From the human T2T-CHM13v2.0 reference genome, Homo sapiens: 64,000 bases of DNA. Of this stretch, positions 1 to 17,095 are shown piece after piece; position 1 is the first letter of the stretch, and every line of letters starts with the position of its first letter. Where the stretch lies: the NCBI RefSeq assembly GCF_009914755.1, contig NC_060943.1. One strand, given 5' to 3'. The position numbers and the translations under genes are program-made. Under the pieces are notes generated by a model that did not search any database, was not told the DNA's origin, and worked only from the letters and a program-made list of their open reading frames with translations.

Positions 1-409
1 ACTTTTATATGGACATACCTTCTTGCTGGGCCCCAACCTCATTCCAGACACCAGCCCTCTGGGGGACTACCTTCCAGTCCTCCAGCAGGCTAGACAGGAA
101 ATTTACCAGGCTGCTAATCTTCTTTTGCCTACTCCAGATTCCCAGCCATATGAGGACACCCTAGCTGGACGATCAGTTCTTAAGAATCTGACCCCTCAAA
201 CTCTACAAACTCGGTGGACTGGACCCCACTTAGTCATCTATAGTACTCCAATGGCCATCCATCTGCAGGACCCTGCCCATTGGGTTCACCATTCCAGGAT
301 AAAGCTGTGCCCATCGGACAGACAGCCTGATCTCTCCTCTTCCTCCTGGAAGTTGCAAGTACTCACCCCTACTTCCCTTAAACTCACCCGCATTTCTGAA
401 GAACAGTAG
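1..409 (+). pseudogene. HERV-H pol, integrase C-terminal remnant
   Basis: ORF 23-409 contains RWTGPHLVIYSTP...WVHHSRIK (GPY/F module and WxHxS motif of gammaretroviral integrase), ending in a stop. Confidence 0.88.
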
Positions 410-1109
410 TGACACTTGTGAGCCTAATACACCCTTTCATTTTGTTAGGTCTATTCTTCCTTACCCTGATCTTTACAACAGGGCTTCACACAGTCACCCC
501 CACTACTTGGACTGTACCCCAAAACTTTTCATCCCTGCTATCTTCTGTCTAGTCATACTCCTACTCTTCATTCTCACCTACCCATAAATGTCCTGCCCTT
601 GTCTACACTGCCAGTTTACACTTTTTCTCCAAACCATCATAGCTGATATCTCCTGGTCTTAGCCCCTAACCACCACTCTTAACTCCCCCTTGGAGTGGAT
701 AGATGACCTTTGCTGGCAAGGCACACTCCAATTCTTTCACCCTGATGAAGTCCTTTTCTTTACTTTTCCTCATTCCCATTCTCCTGCCATCCTCTACCCC
801 TCCCTAATTACCTCCAACATACTATCAATCTCGCTCACTCCCTCCTCACTCTTTCTAATCCCTCCTTAGTGAACAATTGCTGGCTTTGCATTTCCCTTTT
901 TTCCTGCTCTTACACAGCTGTCCCCACCTTACATACCGACTGGGCAACATCTCCTGTCTCCCTACATCTCTGAACCTCCTTTAACAGCCCTCATCTTTAC
1001 CCTTCTGAAGAACTTCTTTACTTTCTAGACAGGTCTAGCAAAACCTCAGACATTTCATATCAGCAAGCTGATGCTCTTCTCCGCATCTACTTAAAAAATC
1101 TTTATCCTT

Positions 1110-1330
1110 GATTGAAACCATCCTGGCTAACACGGTGAAACTCGTCTCTACTAAAAATACAAAAAATTAGCTGGGCATGGTTGCAGGCACCTGTAGTCCC
1201 AGGTACTCAGGAGGCTGAGGCAGGAGAATCACGTGAACCCAGGAGGCAGAGCTTGCAGTGAGCCGAGATCGTGCCACTGCACTCCAGCCTGGGTGACAGA
1301 GCAAGACTCTGTCTCAAAAAAAAAAAAAAA
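1110..1330 (+). mobile_element. 5'-truncated AluY-like element inside HERV-H env
   Basis: Diagnostic ACCATCCTGGCTAACACGG, poly-A tail, TSD AAAAAA(T/C)CTTTATCCTT on both sides. Confidence 0.88.
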
Positions 1331-2454
1331 CCTTTATCCTTATATTAATTCTACTCCACCCATATTTGAACCCCTCACAACATAAACTACTATCCCTGTT
1401 GTCACTCCTTTGTGCATCTCTCGGCAAAGACTGACTGGAATTCCCCTAGGTAACATTTCACCTTCTCTATGCTTCTTCACTCTTCATCTCCAAAGCCCAA
1501 CTACACATATTACCAAAACCAATGGGGCTTTTTAGCTCCACATTATAGATAAGCCCTCTATCAATACTGGCAAACTTAAAAACATTAGCAGTTACTATTA
1601 TTTAGGAAGACATTTGTCCTGCACTTCACTCCATCCTTGGCTACCTTCCCCTTGTTCTTCAGCCTCTCCTCCCAGCCCCCCTTCTTGTTTACTTATACAC
1701 AACCCCATGAATAGCAATGAAAGGTTGCTTGTAGACACTATGAGTTTTCTAATACACCATGAATACTGAACCTCTCCCTCTACCCAGTTGCCCTATCAAT
1801 CCCCATTACAACTTCTAACGGCTGCTGCCCTTGCTGTGAGAGGTGACAACATGCTGGCGGCCCTCACTCACTCTCAGCACCTCCTCAGCCTTGGTGTCCA
1901 CCTGGCCACACTTGAGGAGAACTTCCACCCACCACTGCACTGTGGGAGCCCCTCTCTGGGCTGGCCAAGGCTGGAGCCGGCTCCCTCTGCTTGCAGGGAG
2001 GTGAGGAGGGAGAGGCATGGGTGGGAACCGGGGCTGTGCTCGGCGCTCACGGGCCAGCGCAAGTTCCAGGTGGGCCCTGCACTTGGAGCAGTCGGCTGGC
2101 ACCACCAGCCCTGGGCAGTGAGGGGCTTAGCACCTGGGCCAGCAGCTGCGGAGAGTGCGCCGTGTCCCCCAGCACTGCCAGCCCACCCATGCCATGCTCG
2201 AATTCTTGCCATGCCTCAGCCGCCTCCCCACAGGGCAGGGCTCAGGACCTGCAGCCCACCAGGCCTGAGCCCCCCTGTGGTGGGCTCCCACATGGCCCAA
2301 GCTTCCCCAACGGGCGCCACCCCCTGCTCCATGGTGCCCAGTCCCATTGACTGCCCAAGGGCTGTGGAGTGCAGGCATGGCATGGGACTGGCAGGCAGCT
2401 CCGCCTGCAGCGGGATCCACTAGGCAAACCAGCTGGGCTCCTGTGTCGGGTGGG

Positions 2455-2875
2455 GACTTGGAGAACTTTTATGTCTAGCTAGAAGACCGTAAATGCACCA
2501 ATCAGCACTCTGTGTCTAGCTTAAGGTTTGTAAACGCACCAATCAGTGCTCTGTGTCTAGCTAATCTGGTGGGGCTTGGAGAACCTTTATGTCTAGCTAA
2601 AGGATTGTAAATACACCAACCAGCACTCTGTGTCTAGCTCAAGGTTTGTAAATGCACCAGTCAACAACCTGTGTCTAGCTCAAGGTTTGTAAACACACCA
2701 ATCAGCACTCTGTATCTAGCTAATCTGGTGAGGACTTGGAGAACTTTTATGTCTAGCTAGAGGATTGTAAATGCACGAATCAGCACTCTGTGTCTAGCTC
2801 AGGGATTGTAAACGCACCAATCAGTACCCTGTCAAAAAGGACCAATCAGCTCTCTGTAAAATGCACCAATCAGCA
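2455..2875 (+). promoter_or_regulatory. LTR12 U3 tandem repeat with multiple CCAAT (NF-Y) boxes
   Basis: Repeated ~41-nt unit TGTCTAGCT...TTGTAAA.GCACCAATCAGCACTC; six intact CCAAT plus three variant copies. Confidence 0.85.
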
Positions 2876-3132
2876 GGATGTGGGTGGGGCCAGATAAGGG
2901 AATAAAAGCAGGCTACCTGAGCCAGCAGCGGCAACCCGCTCACATCCTCTTCTACACTGTGGAAGCTTTGTTCTTTCACTCTTTGCAATAAATCTTGCTG
3001 CTGCTCACTCTTTGGGTCCACACTGCCTTTATGAGCTGTAACACTCACTGTGAAGGTCTGCAGCTTCACTCCTGAGGCCAGCGAGACCACAAACCCACCA
3101 GGAGGAATGAACAACTCTGGACAGGAGGAATG

Positions 3133-3405
3133 AACAACTACAGACTCACAGCCTTAAGAGCTGTAACACTCACTGCGGAGGTCTGCAGCTTCACTCCTAA
3201 AGCCAGCAAGATGACGAACCCACCAGAAGGAAGAAACTCCAAACACGTCTGAACATCAGAAGGAACAAACAACTACAGACTCACAGCCTTAAGAGCTGTA
3301 ACACTCACTGCGGAGGTCTGCAGCTTCACTCCTAAAGCCAGCAAGATGACGAACCCACCAGAAGGAAGAAACTCCAAACACGTCTGAACATCAGAAGGAA
3401 CAAAC
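3133..3405 (+). repeat. Perfect 135-bp tandem duplication in LTR12 U5
   Basis: 3133-3270 is identical to 3268-3405 by direct comparison. Confidence 0.93.
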
Positions 3406-4319
3406 TCCAGACACACCACTTTTAAGAACTGTAACACTCACCTTGAGGGTCTGCAGCTTCATTCTTGAAGTCAGTGAGACCAAGAACCCACCAATTCCAG
3501 ACACAGCTGGATCCCTAGGAGTCTGGGTGCACCTCTTTTGGCGCTCCCTCTCATCTTTTCACTTTACATTTCCAGTTTTGCCTTACACAAGATCTCTTCT
3601 TCCCTGTGACTCCTCCACCTACATGTGTCTACCTATTAATTGGACAGGCACATGTACACTAGTTTTCCTTCTTCCAAAAAATCGATTTGCAAATGGGACT
3701 GAACAGCATCCTGTTCCCCTCAGGACACGAACACTTCACTACAGTTTTGTTTTTCTTATTAATATAAGAAGACAGGAAGAGGCCTCGACTTACTCACTGC
3801 TGAAAAAGGAGGACTCTGCATATTTCTAAAATTAGAATGTTGTTTTTACCTGAATCAGTGTGCCCTGAATTAAGACTACATAAAAAACTCAAAGGTAGAG
3901 CCCAAAAAACTCACCAACCAGGCACATAATTATGCTGGACCTCCCTGGGCACTTTCTAATAGGATGTCCTGGCTCCTCCCAATTCTTAGTCCTCTAATAC
4001 TTGTTTTTCTCCTTCTCTTATTCAGACCTTGTGTCTTCCGTTTAGTTTCTCAATTCATACAAAACCACATCCAGGCCATCACCAATCATTCTATACAACA
4101 AATACTCCTTTTAACAACCCCACAATATCACCCCTTTTCTCAAAATCTTTCTTCAGTTTAATCTCTCCCACTCTAGGTTCCCATGTTGCCCCTCATCCCA
4201 CTTGAAGCAGCCTTGAGAAACATTGCCCATTATCTCTCCATAGCTCCCCCCAAAATTTTCATTGCCCCCCAACACTTCACCACTATTTTGTTTTTCTGAT
4301 TAATATAAGAAGACTGGAA

Positions 4320-4757
4320 TGTCAGGCCTCCAAGCCCAAGCTAAGCCATCATAACCCGTGTGACCTGCACGTATATATGCAGATGGCCTGGAGCAACTGA
4401 AGAACCACAAAAGAAGTGAAACAGCCAGTTCCTGCCTTAACTGATGAGGTTCCACAATTGTGATTTGTTCCTACCCCACCCCAACTGATCTCTTGACCTT
4501 GTGACATTCTTCTCCTGGACAATGAGTCTCAGGAGCTCCCCACCAAGCACTTTGAGACCCCCGCCCCTGCCCACAAATGATAACCACCTTTAACTGTAAC
4601 TTTCCACTACCTACCCAAATCCTATAAAACTGCCCCACCCCTATCTCCCTTTGCTGACTCCTTTCTCAGACTTAGCCCACTTGCACCCGAGTGAATAAAC
4701 AGCCTTGTTGCTCACACAAAGCCTGTTGGTGGTCTTTTCACACGGACACGTGTAACA
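4320..4757 (+). mobile_element. LTR7 (3' LTR of HERV-H; LTR7C-like)
   Basis: TG...CA ends, TATAAA at 4623, AATAAA at 4694, preceded by the PPT. Confidence 0.92.
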
Positions 4758-5111
4758 CTCCTGACCTCAAGTGATCTGCCCACCTTGGCCTCCCAAAGTG
4801 CTGGGATTACAGGCATGAGCCACCGCACCTGGCCTAAAAAGTCTTTTCAAACTCTAGATGACAGAGATTTCAATCTTTTCATTTGAAATGTATTACTTTA
4901 AAAATTTATATGTTTTGTTAGGGTGCAGGGGCTCACACCTGTAATCCCAGCATTTTGAGAGGCCAAGGTGCGCAGATCACATATATGTGTATATACATAT
5001 ATATTTTTATTGGAATGTATTTGGGCATGTGGTGTGGAGTAGTGGATCCAATTTTATCTCATCCAAAAAGAGGGCCAATTTTTGTAGCACCACTTATTGA
5101 GAGAAACTGCC

Positions 5112-5467
5112 TGATATGGTTTGGCTCTGGGTCCCCACCCAAATGTAATCCCCAATGTTGGAAGTGGGGCCTGGCAAGAGGTGATTGGATCATGGGGGTG
5201 GTTTCTAATGGTTTATCACCATCCCCCTAGCCCTGTCTCATGATAGGGTTCTCAGGAGAACTGGTTGTTTAAAAGTGTGTAGCACCTCCCCCTTTGCTCT
5301 CTCTCTCCTGCTCCACCATGTAAAGTCCTGCCTGCTTCCTCCTCACCTTCCACCATGATTGAAAGTTTCCTGAGGCCTCCCAGCCATGCTTCCTGTGCAG
5401 CCTGTGGAATTAAACCTCTTTTCAAATTTCTTTCTAAATTAGAGCAGTGCAGGAACAGACTAAGGCA
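5112..5467 (+). mobile_element. MST-family MaLR solo LTR
   Basis: TGATATGGTTTGGCTCTG start, GACTAAGGCA end. Confidence 0.85.
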
Positions 5468-5584
5468 CTACATTTGACCTGCTGATATGAAATTCTACCT
5501 TATTAATTTTTTTTTTAATTGGGCCAGGTGCAATAGCTCATGCTTGTAATCCCAGCACTTTGGGAGGCTGAGGTGGGCAGATCA

Positions 5585-5815
<231 letters not shown>

Positions 5816-6099
5816 TCATCATTATGGATACATAATAGTTGTATTCTTAAATTTTTTAAAACTTTGTTACTCCTAATTTTATGACATTAAACTTTTGAAT
5901 TATTATGGACACAATTGTATCCACCTTTTTAAAACAGTAATTCTTATATATACCTGTATCAGTTTCTAGATCCTTCTGTGCCATTCATAGATTTACTCAT
6001 GCCAATCTTATTATATTCCTTTGATTCCAATGGTTTTATATCAAATTTTAATATTTAGTTGTAAAAATATAAGGGTAGCCAATGTTTGTTGACGATTAC

Positions 6100-7040
<941 letters not shown>

Positions 7041-7155
7041 TTAAACATTAGCCAGGCACAGTGGTGCATGTCTATAGTTCTAGCTACTCAGGAGGCTGAG
7101 GTAGGAGGACTGCCTGAGCCCAGCAGGCTGAAGCTGCAGTGAGCAGTGATCACAC

Positions 7156-7641
7156 TGAGGTAGGAGGAATAATTTGACTCCAGAGGTGGGGCTCAGACCT
7201 GGACAAAATTGAGGACTAGCTAAAACAGGGATGGGGCAGAAGCAGCTTTCCATAAGACACGCCTACCAGTGAGCCATGTCAGTTTAACATTGCCATGGCA
7301 ACACCCAGGAGTTTCCACCCCTTTCCATGGCAATGACCCGATGACCAAAGTTACCACCATTTTCCTACAAATTTCTGCATAAACTGCCCCTTAATCTACA
7401 TGTAATTAAAAGTAGGTATAAATATGACCGCAAAACTGCCCTGAGCTGCTACTCTCAGCACACTGCCTATGAGGTTTCCCATAGGAGTAGTCACAAAGCT
7501 GTACCACCACCAGAGCTGAAACACTGCTTCTTCGATAAAGCTTCTTTCTTCTACCACCAGCTCACCCTGAATTATTTCCTGGCCAAGGCCAAAAACCCTC
7601 ATTGGCTAAGTCCCAATTTGAAGCTTGCTTGTCCTACAGCA
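7156..7641 (+). mobile_element. ERV1 (MER4-group) solo LTR inserted in an AluJ right arm; subfamily uncertain
   Basis: TGAGG...CA ends, TATAAA at 7417, RFX-like ATTGCCATGGCAAC at 7289; Alu sequence stops at 7155 and resumes at 7642. Confidence 0.7.
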
Positions 7642-7687
7642 GCATGACTGCACTCCAGCCTGGGTGATGGAGTGAGAGCCTGGCTCA

Positions 7688-11810
<4,123 letters not shown>

Positions 11811-12481
11811 ATTGTGTTCATTTTTTTATGAACACATTTTTTTTGATCTGCCCTCCTCGGCCTCCCAAAGTGCTGGGATTACAGGCAGGAGCCACCATGC
11901 CCAGCCTGATTTCTGTAGTTTTATAGTAACTTTTGACATCAGGAAGCATGAGTTGCTCTTTTTTAAAATTGTTTTTAATACTGGGGCTCCAGTTATGTGT
12001 GGGCTTTCATAACCTAATTTCAGAACTGGCTTACCAGAACTTCTGCCATATTCTGGTGGTTACACATATCAATCATAGTACAGTATGAGAGGATTACACA
12101 AGGGTAGTCCTCAAATACCAGGAAGCAGAAACTGGAGGCCAATTTGGAGGCTGCCTAGCACAGAGAATTTGTCAATGTCTAATATACTACCTATTTAATC
12201 CAGCAATCCTAATTCTAGGAATTTGTCCTGAATGTAAATGCCTAAATATACAAAAATACACATGCTCAAGAATACTAACTGCATCCCTGTTAGTAATTGC
12301 AAATTTGAATTCTCTAATTGATGACATGTAGTAGAGCAGCTGAATATTACATGGTACATCCACAAAAGGAGTATTATGCAGCTACAGAATGAAGGTGAAA
12401 AAGGAAGATATATCTATGAATTTATATGGAGTGGTTATCAAGATACACTGTTAGGCAAAAATAGAAACTGCAAGAGTATAG

Positions 12482-12763
<282 letters not shown>

Positions 12764-13425
12764 TGAGCCACCGTACCTGCCTGAAATCTTTTTTTAAATG
12801 GGCAATAACAAATATATATATGTTCATTTTTGCTAGAAGAAAACACAGGATTATTCAGAGAAAAAGGTTCATTACCTATAGCTGATGGGATAGGAACAGG
12901 TTGTAAAGGACAGTGAGATTAGAACAGACTGGAAAGGATAAGGCAAGAAAAACGTTTATGTTTAGTTCTAATGTTTAAAATATGCAATTAGGTGGGCGTT
13001 GTGGCTAATGCCTGTTACACCAGCACTTTAGGAGGCCAGGATGGGAGGATCCCTTAAGACCAGGAGTTTGAGGCCAGCCTGGGCAACATTGCCACATCCT
13101 GTCTCTACAAAAATTTAAAATTAGCCAGTCCTGGTGGTGCACGCTGGTAGTCCTACCTACTCAGGAGGCTGAGGGAGAAGGACTGCTTGATCTCAGAAGT
13201 GTGAGGCTGCAGGGAGCTATGACTGCACCACTGCACTCCAACCTGGGTGACAGAGCAACACCCTGTCTCAAAAAAAAATAAGGGTAAAAAATTTAAAAAC
13301 TGCCTGCACCTGGTGGTGCATGCCTGTACTCCCAGCCTCTTGAGACACTAAAGTGGGAGGAGTGCTTGAGCTCAGGAGCATAAGGCTGCAGTGAGGTACA
13401 ATCATGCCACTGCTCTCCAGTCTAG

Positions 13426-13653
<228 letters not shown>

Positions 13654-13669
13654 TAATTTTTTTCTTTGA

Positions 13670-14047
<378 letters not shown>

Positions 14048-14157
14048 TAGCTGGGACTATAGGCGCCTGCCACCATACCCAGCTAATTTTTGTATTTTTA
14101 GTAGAGATGGGGTTTCACCATATTGGCCAGGCTGGTCTTGAACTCCTGACCTTGTGA

Positions 14158-14373
<216 letters not shown>

Positions 14374-14519
14374 TAATTTAAAAAAAAATCGACAAGGATA
14401 ACGGTGTGACACAAAATGGAAAATTAACAGGAATTACTGAAATGAACTTTGTATCAAATGGATAAAAATTCAACAATGAAGAGGGGGGTAAAAAGCACAA
14501 AATTGACCCAAGTAACTTC

Positions 14520-15038
14520 TTTTATTACAATTTTTATTGTGATAAAAACACATAAAATTTACCCTTTCACATACTTTGTGTGTACCGAAGAGTATTGTTA
14601 ACTATAGGCATATTTTTATACAACAAATCTCAAAAAGCTTTTCCATCTTGCGTGGCTGACACTCAATACCCATTGAACAACTCATTTTCTCCTCCACCAG
14701 CTTGTGGCAAATACCGCAGTACTTTGTTCTTCTGAGTTTGACGTTAGATACCCCATATAAGTGGAAATGGGTGTATTTGTCCTTTCGGAACTGGTTTATT
14801 TCACTTAGCATAACGTCCATGTTGTAGCATATGGCAGAATTTTGTTTTTAAGGCTAAATGATATTGCATTGTATGTATATAATGCATTTTGTTTACCAAT
14901 TCATCTGTCAATGGACATTTACTTTGCTTCCACCTCTTGGCTCTTCTGAATAATGCTGCAATGAACACAGGTAGGCATTCACACATTGAGATGCTTTCTT
15001 CAGTTCCTTTGGACATGTACCTAGAAGTGGATTGCTGC
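14520..15038 (-). mobile_element. Old L1 (L1MA/MB-like) 3' end fragment
   Basis: ORF2 C-terminal-like PVFIAALF..AKRWKQSKCP, L1 3' UTR; TSD-like TGACC(C)AAGTAA at about 14504 and 15039. Confidence 0.78.
14521..14538 (-). terminator. ZNF121: Candidate distal polyadenylation signals of ZNF121 (two AATAAA)
   Basis: TTTATT at 14521-14526 and 14533-14538; position agrees with my recollection of a ~24-kb gene span; usage not provable from sequence. Confidence 0.55.
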
Positions 15039-15785
15039 TGACCAAGTAAGTTTTAAACCTAGTGCTTTTATATTACGCCCTGAGCTAAAGATAAGAACTG
15101 TGAATAAAAACTGAATTCTGGTTAGTTGATTTTTAAAAAGAGTGGTATGAGTTATCAATTCTGAGAGTAGCTTATATTTTAATCTAGGATTGAGCACGTG
15201 CTATTTTTGCAAGTGATGAAAGATAGCTACAGACAAGGGAATTTGGAAAGCAAGAAATAACCCAGCAGTGCTGCAGTGGAATTAAAAGTGTTGGCTTGTG
15301 GTCATGTTTTTAATATAGAAATAGAGTTATTAATGTGTGGATACGTATATATAATTTTGTATGTCTTTGCCATATCCTCCATAGAGAAGACCTAAAAGCC
15401 AGGGCACTATTACCTAGGAACACCTCCCTACACAGAGACTGCAGCTTCTAAATAGTATTCTCCATTAAAATAAATTACATTTTTCTGAGTCTAGGGCTGG
15501 AGACAAATGTACCATGAACAAACTGTTGCCCAGAAAATAATTATATACCCATGAAATAAGGAGAATACATTTTTAAAGATTCAGAAGATAGCTTGATGGG
15601 GATCCTACTTATTGAATCTGGAAAAATATGTGCATCAAATTTACAGTAGCTAACTACACCCCATAGATTAAGAATTTATGATACATGCTCCTACAAGTAA
15701 ATGGGTAAATAAATGAATAAGGATAACTCTTCCTTACAAAATTCCAGTTAAGAAATGTAGAAGAAACTATGGAATTAGAAAATCA

Positions 15786-15935
<150 letters not shown>

Positions 15936-16141
15936 TTAGCATGTGCCTGTGGTCCCAGGTACTCAGGAGACTCAGGTGGGAGGATCGCTTGAGCCCAGGA
16001 GGTCAAGGCTATAGTGAGGCATGATCATGCCACCGCACTCCACACCCTAGGCAACAGAGCAAGACCCCAATGCAGACCAAAAAGAAAAAAAAAAAAAAGG
16101 AAAAGAAAACCACCATTTGGAAACCACTACAGCAACAGCTA

Positions 16142-17063
16142 CAGACATACCTCATGTTACTTCACTTTGCTTCATCTCACTTTACAGATATTTTTCACAA
16201 GTAGAAGTCCTGTGGCAATGTCATGTCGAATAAATCTATAACACCATTTTTTCCAACAGCATGTGCTTACTTTGTCTCTCACATCCTGACAATTCTGACA
16301 ATATTTCAAACATTTTCCTTATTATTATACTTACTGTGGTGCTGTGTGATTTTTTTTTTTTTTTTTTTTGAGAAGGAATCTCACTCTGTCACCTGGGCTG
16401 GAGTGCAGTGGTGTGATCTCAGCTCACTCTAACCTCCACCTCCTGGATTCAAGTGATTCTCCTGCCTCAGCCTCCTGAATAGCTGGGACTATAGGTGCCT
16501 GCCACCATGCCCGGCTAATTTTTTGTATTTTTAGTAGAGACGGGGTTTCACCATGGTGGCCAGGCTGGTCTCGAACTCCTGACCTCATGATTCACTCACC
16601 TCAGCCTCTCAAGGTGCTGGGATTACAGGTGTGAGCCACCGTGCCCGGCTGCTCTGTGATCTTTGATGTTCCTATTTTAATTGTTTTGGGGTACCACAAA
16701 CCACAACCTTCGAAGACAGCAAACTTAACAAATGCTATGTTCTCACTGCTCCACCAACTGGCCACTCTCCCCTCTCTCCTCCTCCCAGGCCTCCTAATTC
16801 CCTGAGGGACAATATTGAAATTAGGCCAATTCATTACCCCACAATGGCCTCTAACTGTTCAAGTGAAAGAAGGAGTTGCAAATTTCTCACTTTAGATCAA
16901 AAGCTGGAAATGATTAACCTCAGTGAGAAAGTCATGTCAAAAGCCAAGATAAGAGCCAGGTGCAGTGGCTCACACCTGTAATCCCAGAGTGTTGGGAGGC
17001 AGATAGGGGAGCATCACTTGAGGTTTTAAGTTCAAGATCAGCCGGGTAAACAGTAAAGTCCTG

Positions 17064-17095
<32 letters not shown>

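Larger units (their letters stand above)
1837..3505 (+). mobile_element. Solo LTR12 (ERV9 LTR) inserted in HERV-H env
   Basis: Starts TGAGAGGTGACA, ends CCAATTCCAGACACA; 4-bp TSD GCTG (1833-1836, 3506-3509); U3 tandem CCAAT units, GATAAG at 2893, AATAAAAG TATA-like box at 2901, AATAAA at 2987. Confidence 0.95.
410..4161 (+). pseudogene. HERV-H env remnant, broken by stops, an Alu, an LTR12 and an internal deletion
   Basis: TYMCLPINWTGTCTLVFL (SU end), [20 protein letters not shown] (ISD and CX6CC region), TM anchor and tail in ORF 3964-4161; 5' boundary approximate. Confidence 0.82.
1..4757 (+). mobile_element. 3' half of a HERV-H provirus (pol end, deleted env, 3' LTR7); 5' part lies outside the window
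   Basis: HERV-H-type integrase C-terminus, env remnants with immunosuppressive domain [13 protein letters not shown] (about 3781-3820), PPT at about 4305-4319, LTR7 starting TGTCAGGCCTC at 4320. Confidence 0.92.

Noticed and set aside
1788-2427. Several overlapping 96-211 aa ORFs on both strands
   Set aside because: They fall in the GC-rich U3 of LTR12, where stops are rare; no protein motif
2455-2875. Regularly spaced ~41-nt repeats resembling a CRISPR array
   Set aside because: Units are tandem without unique spacers, lie inside a TSD-bounded LTR12, and the DNA is primate with no cas genes
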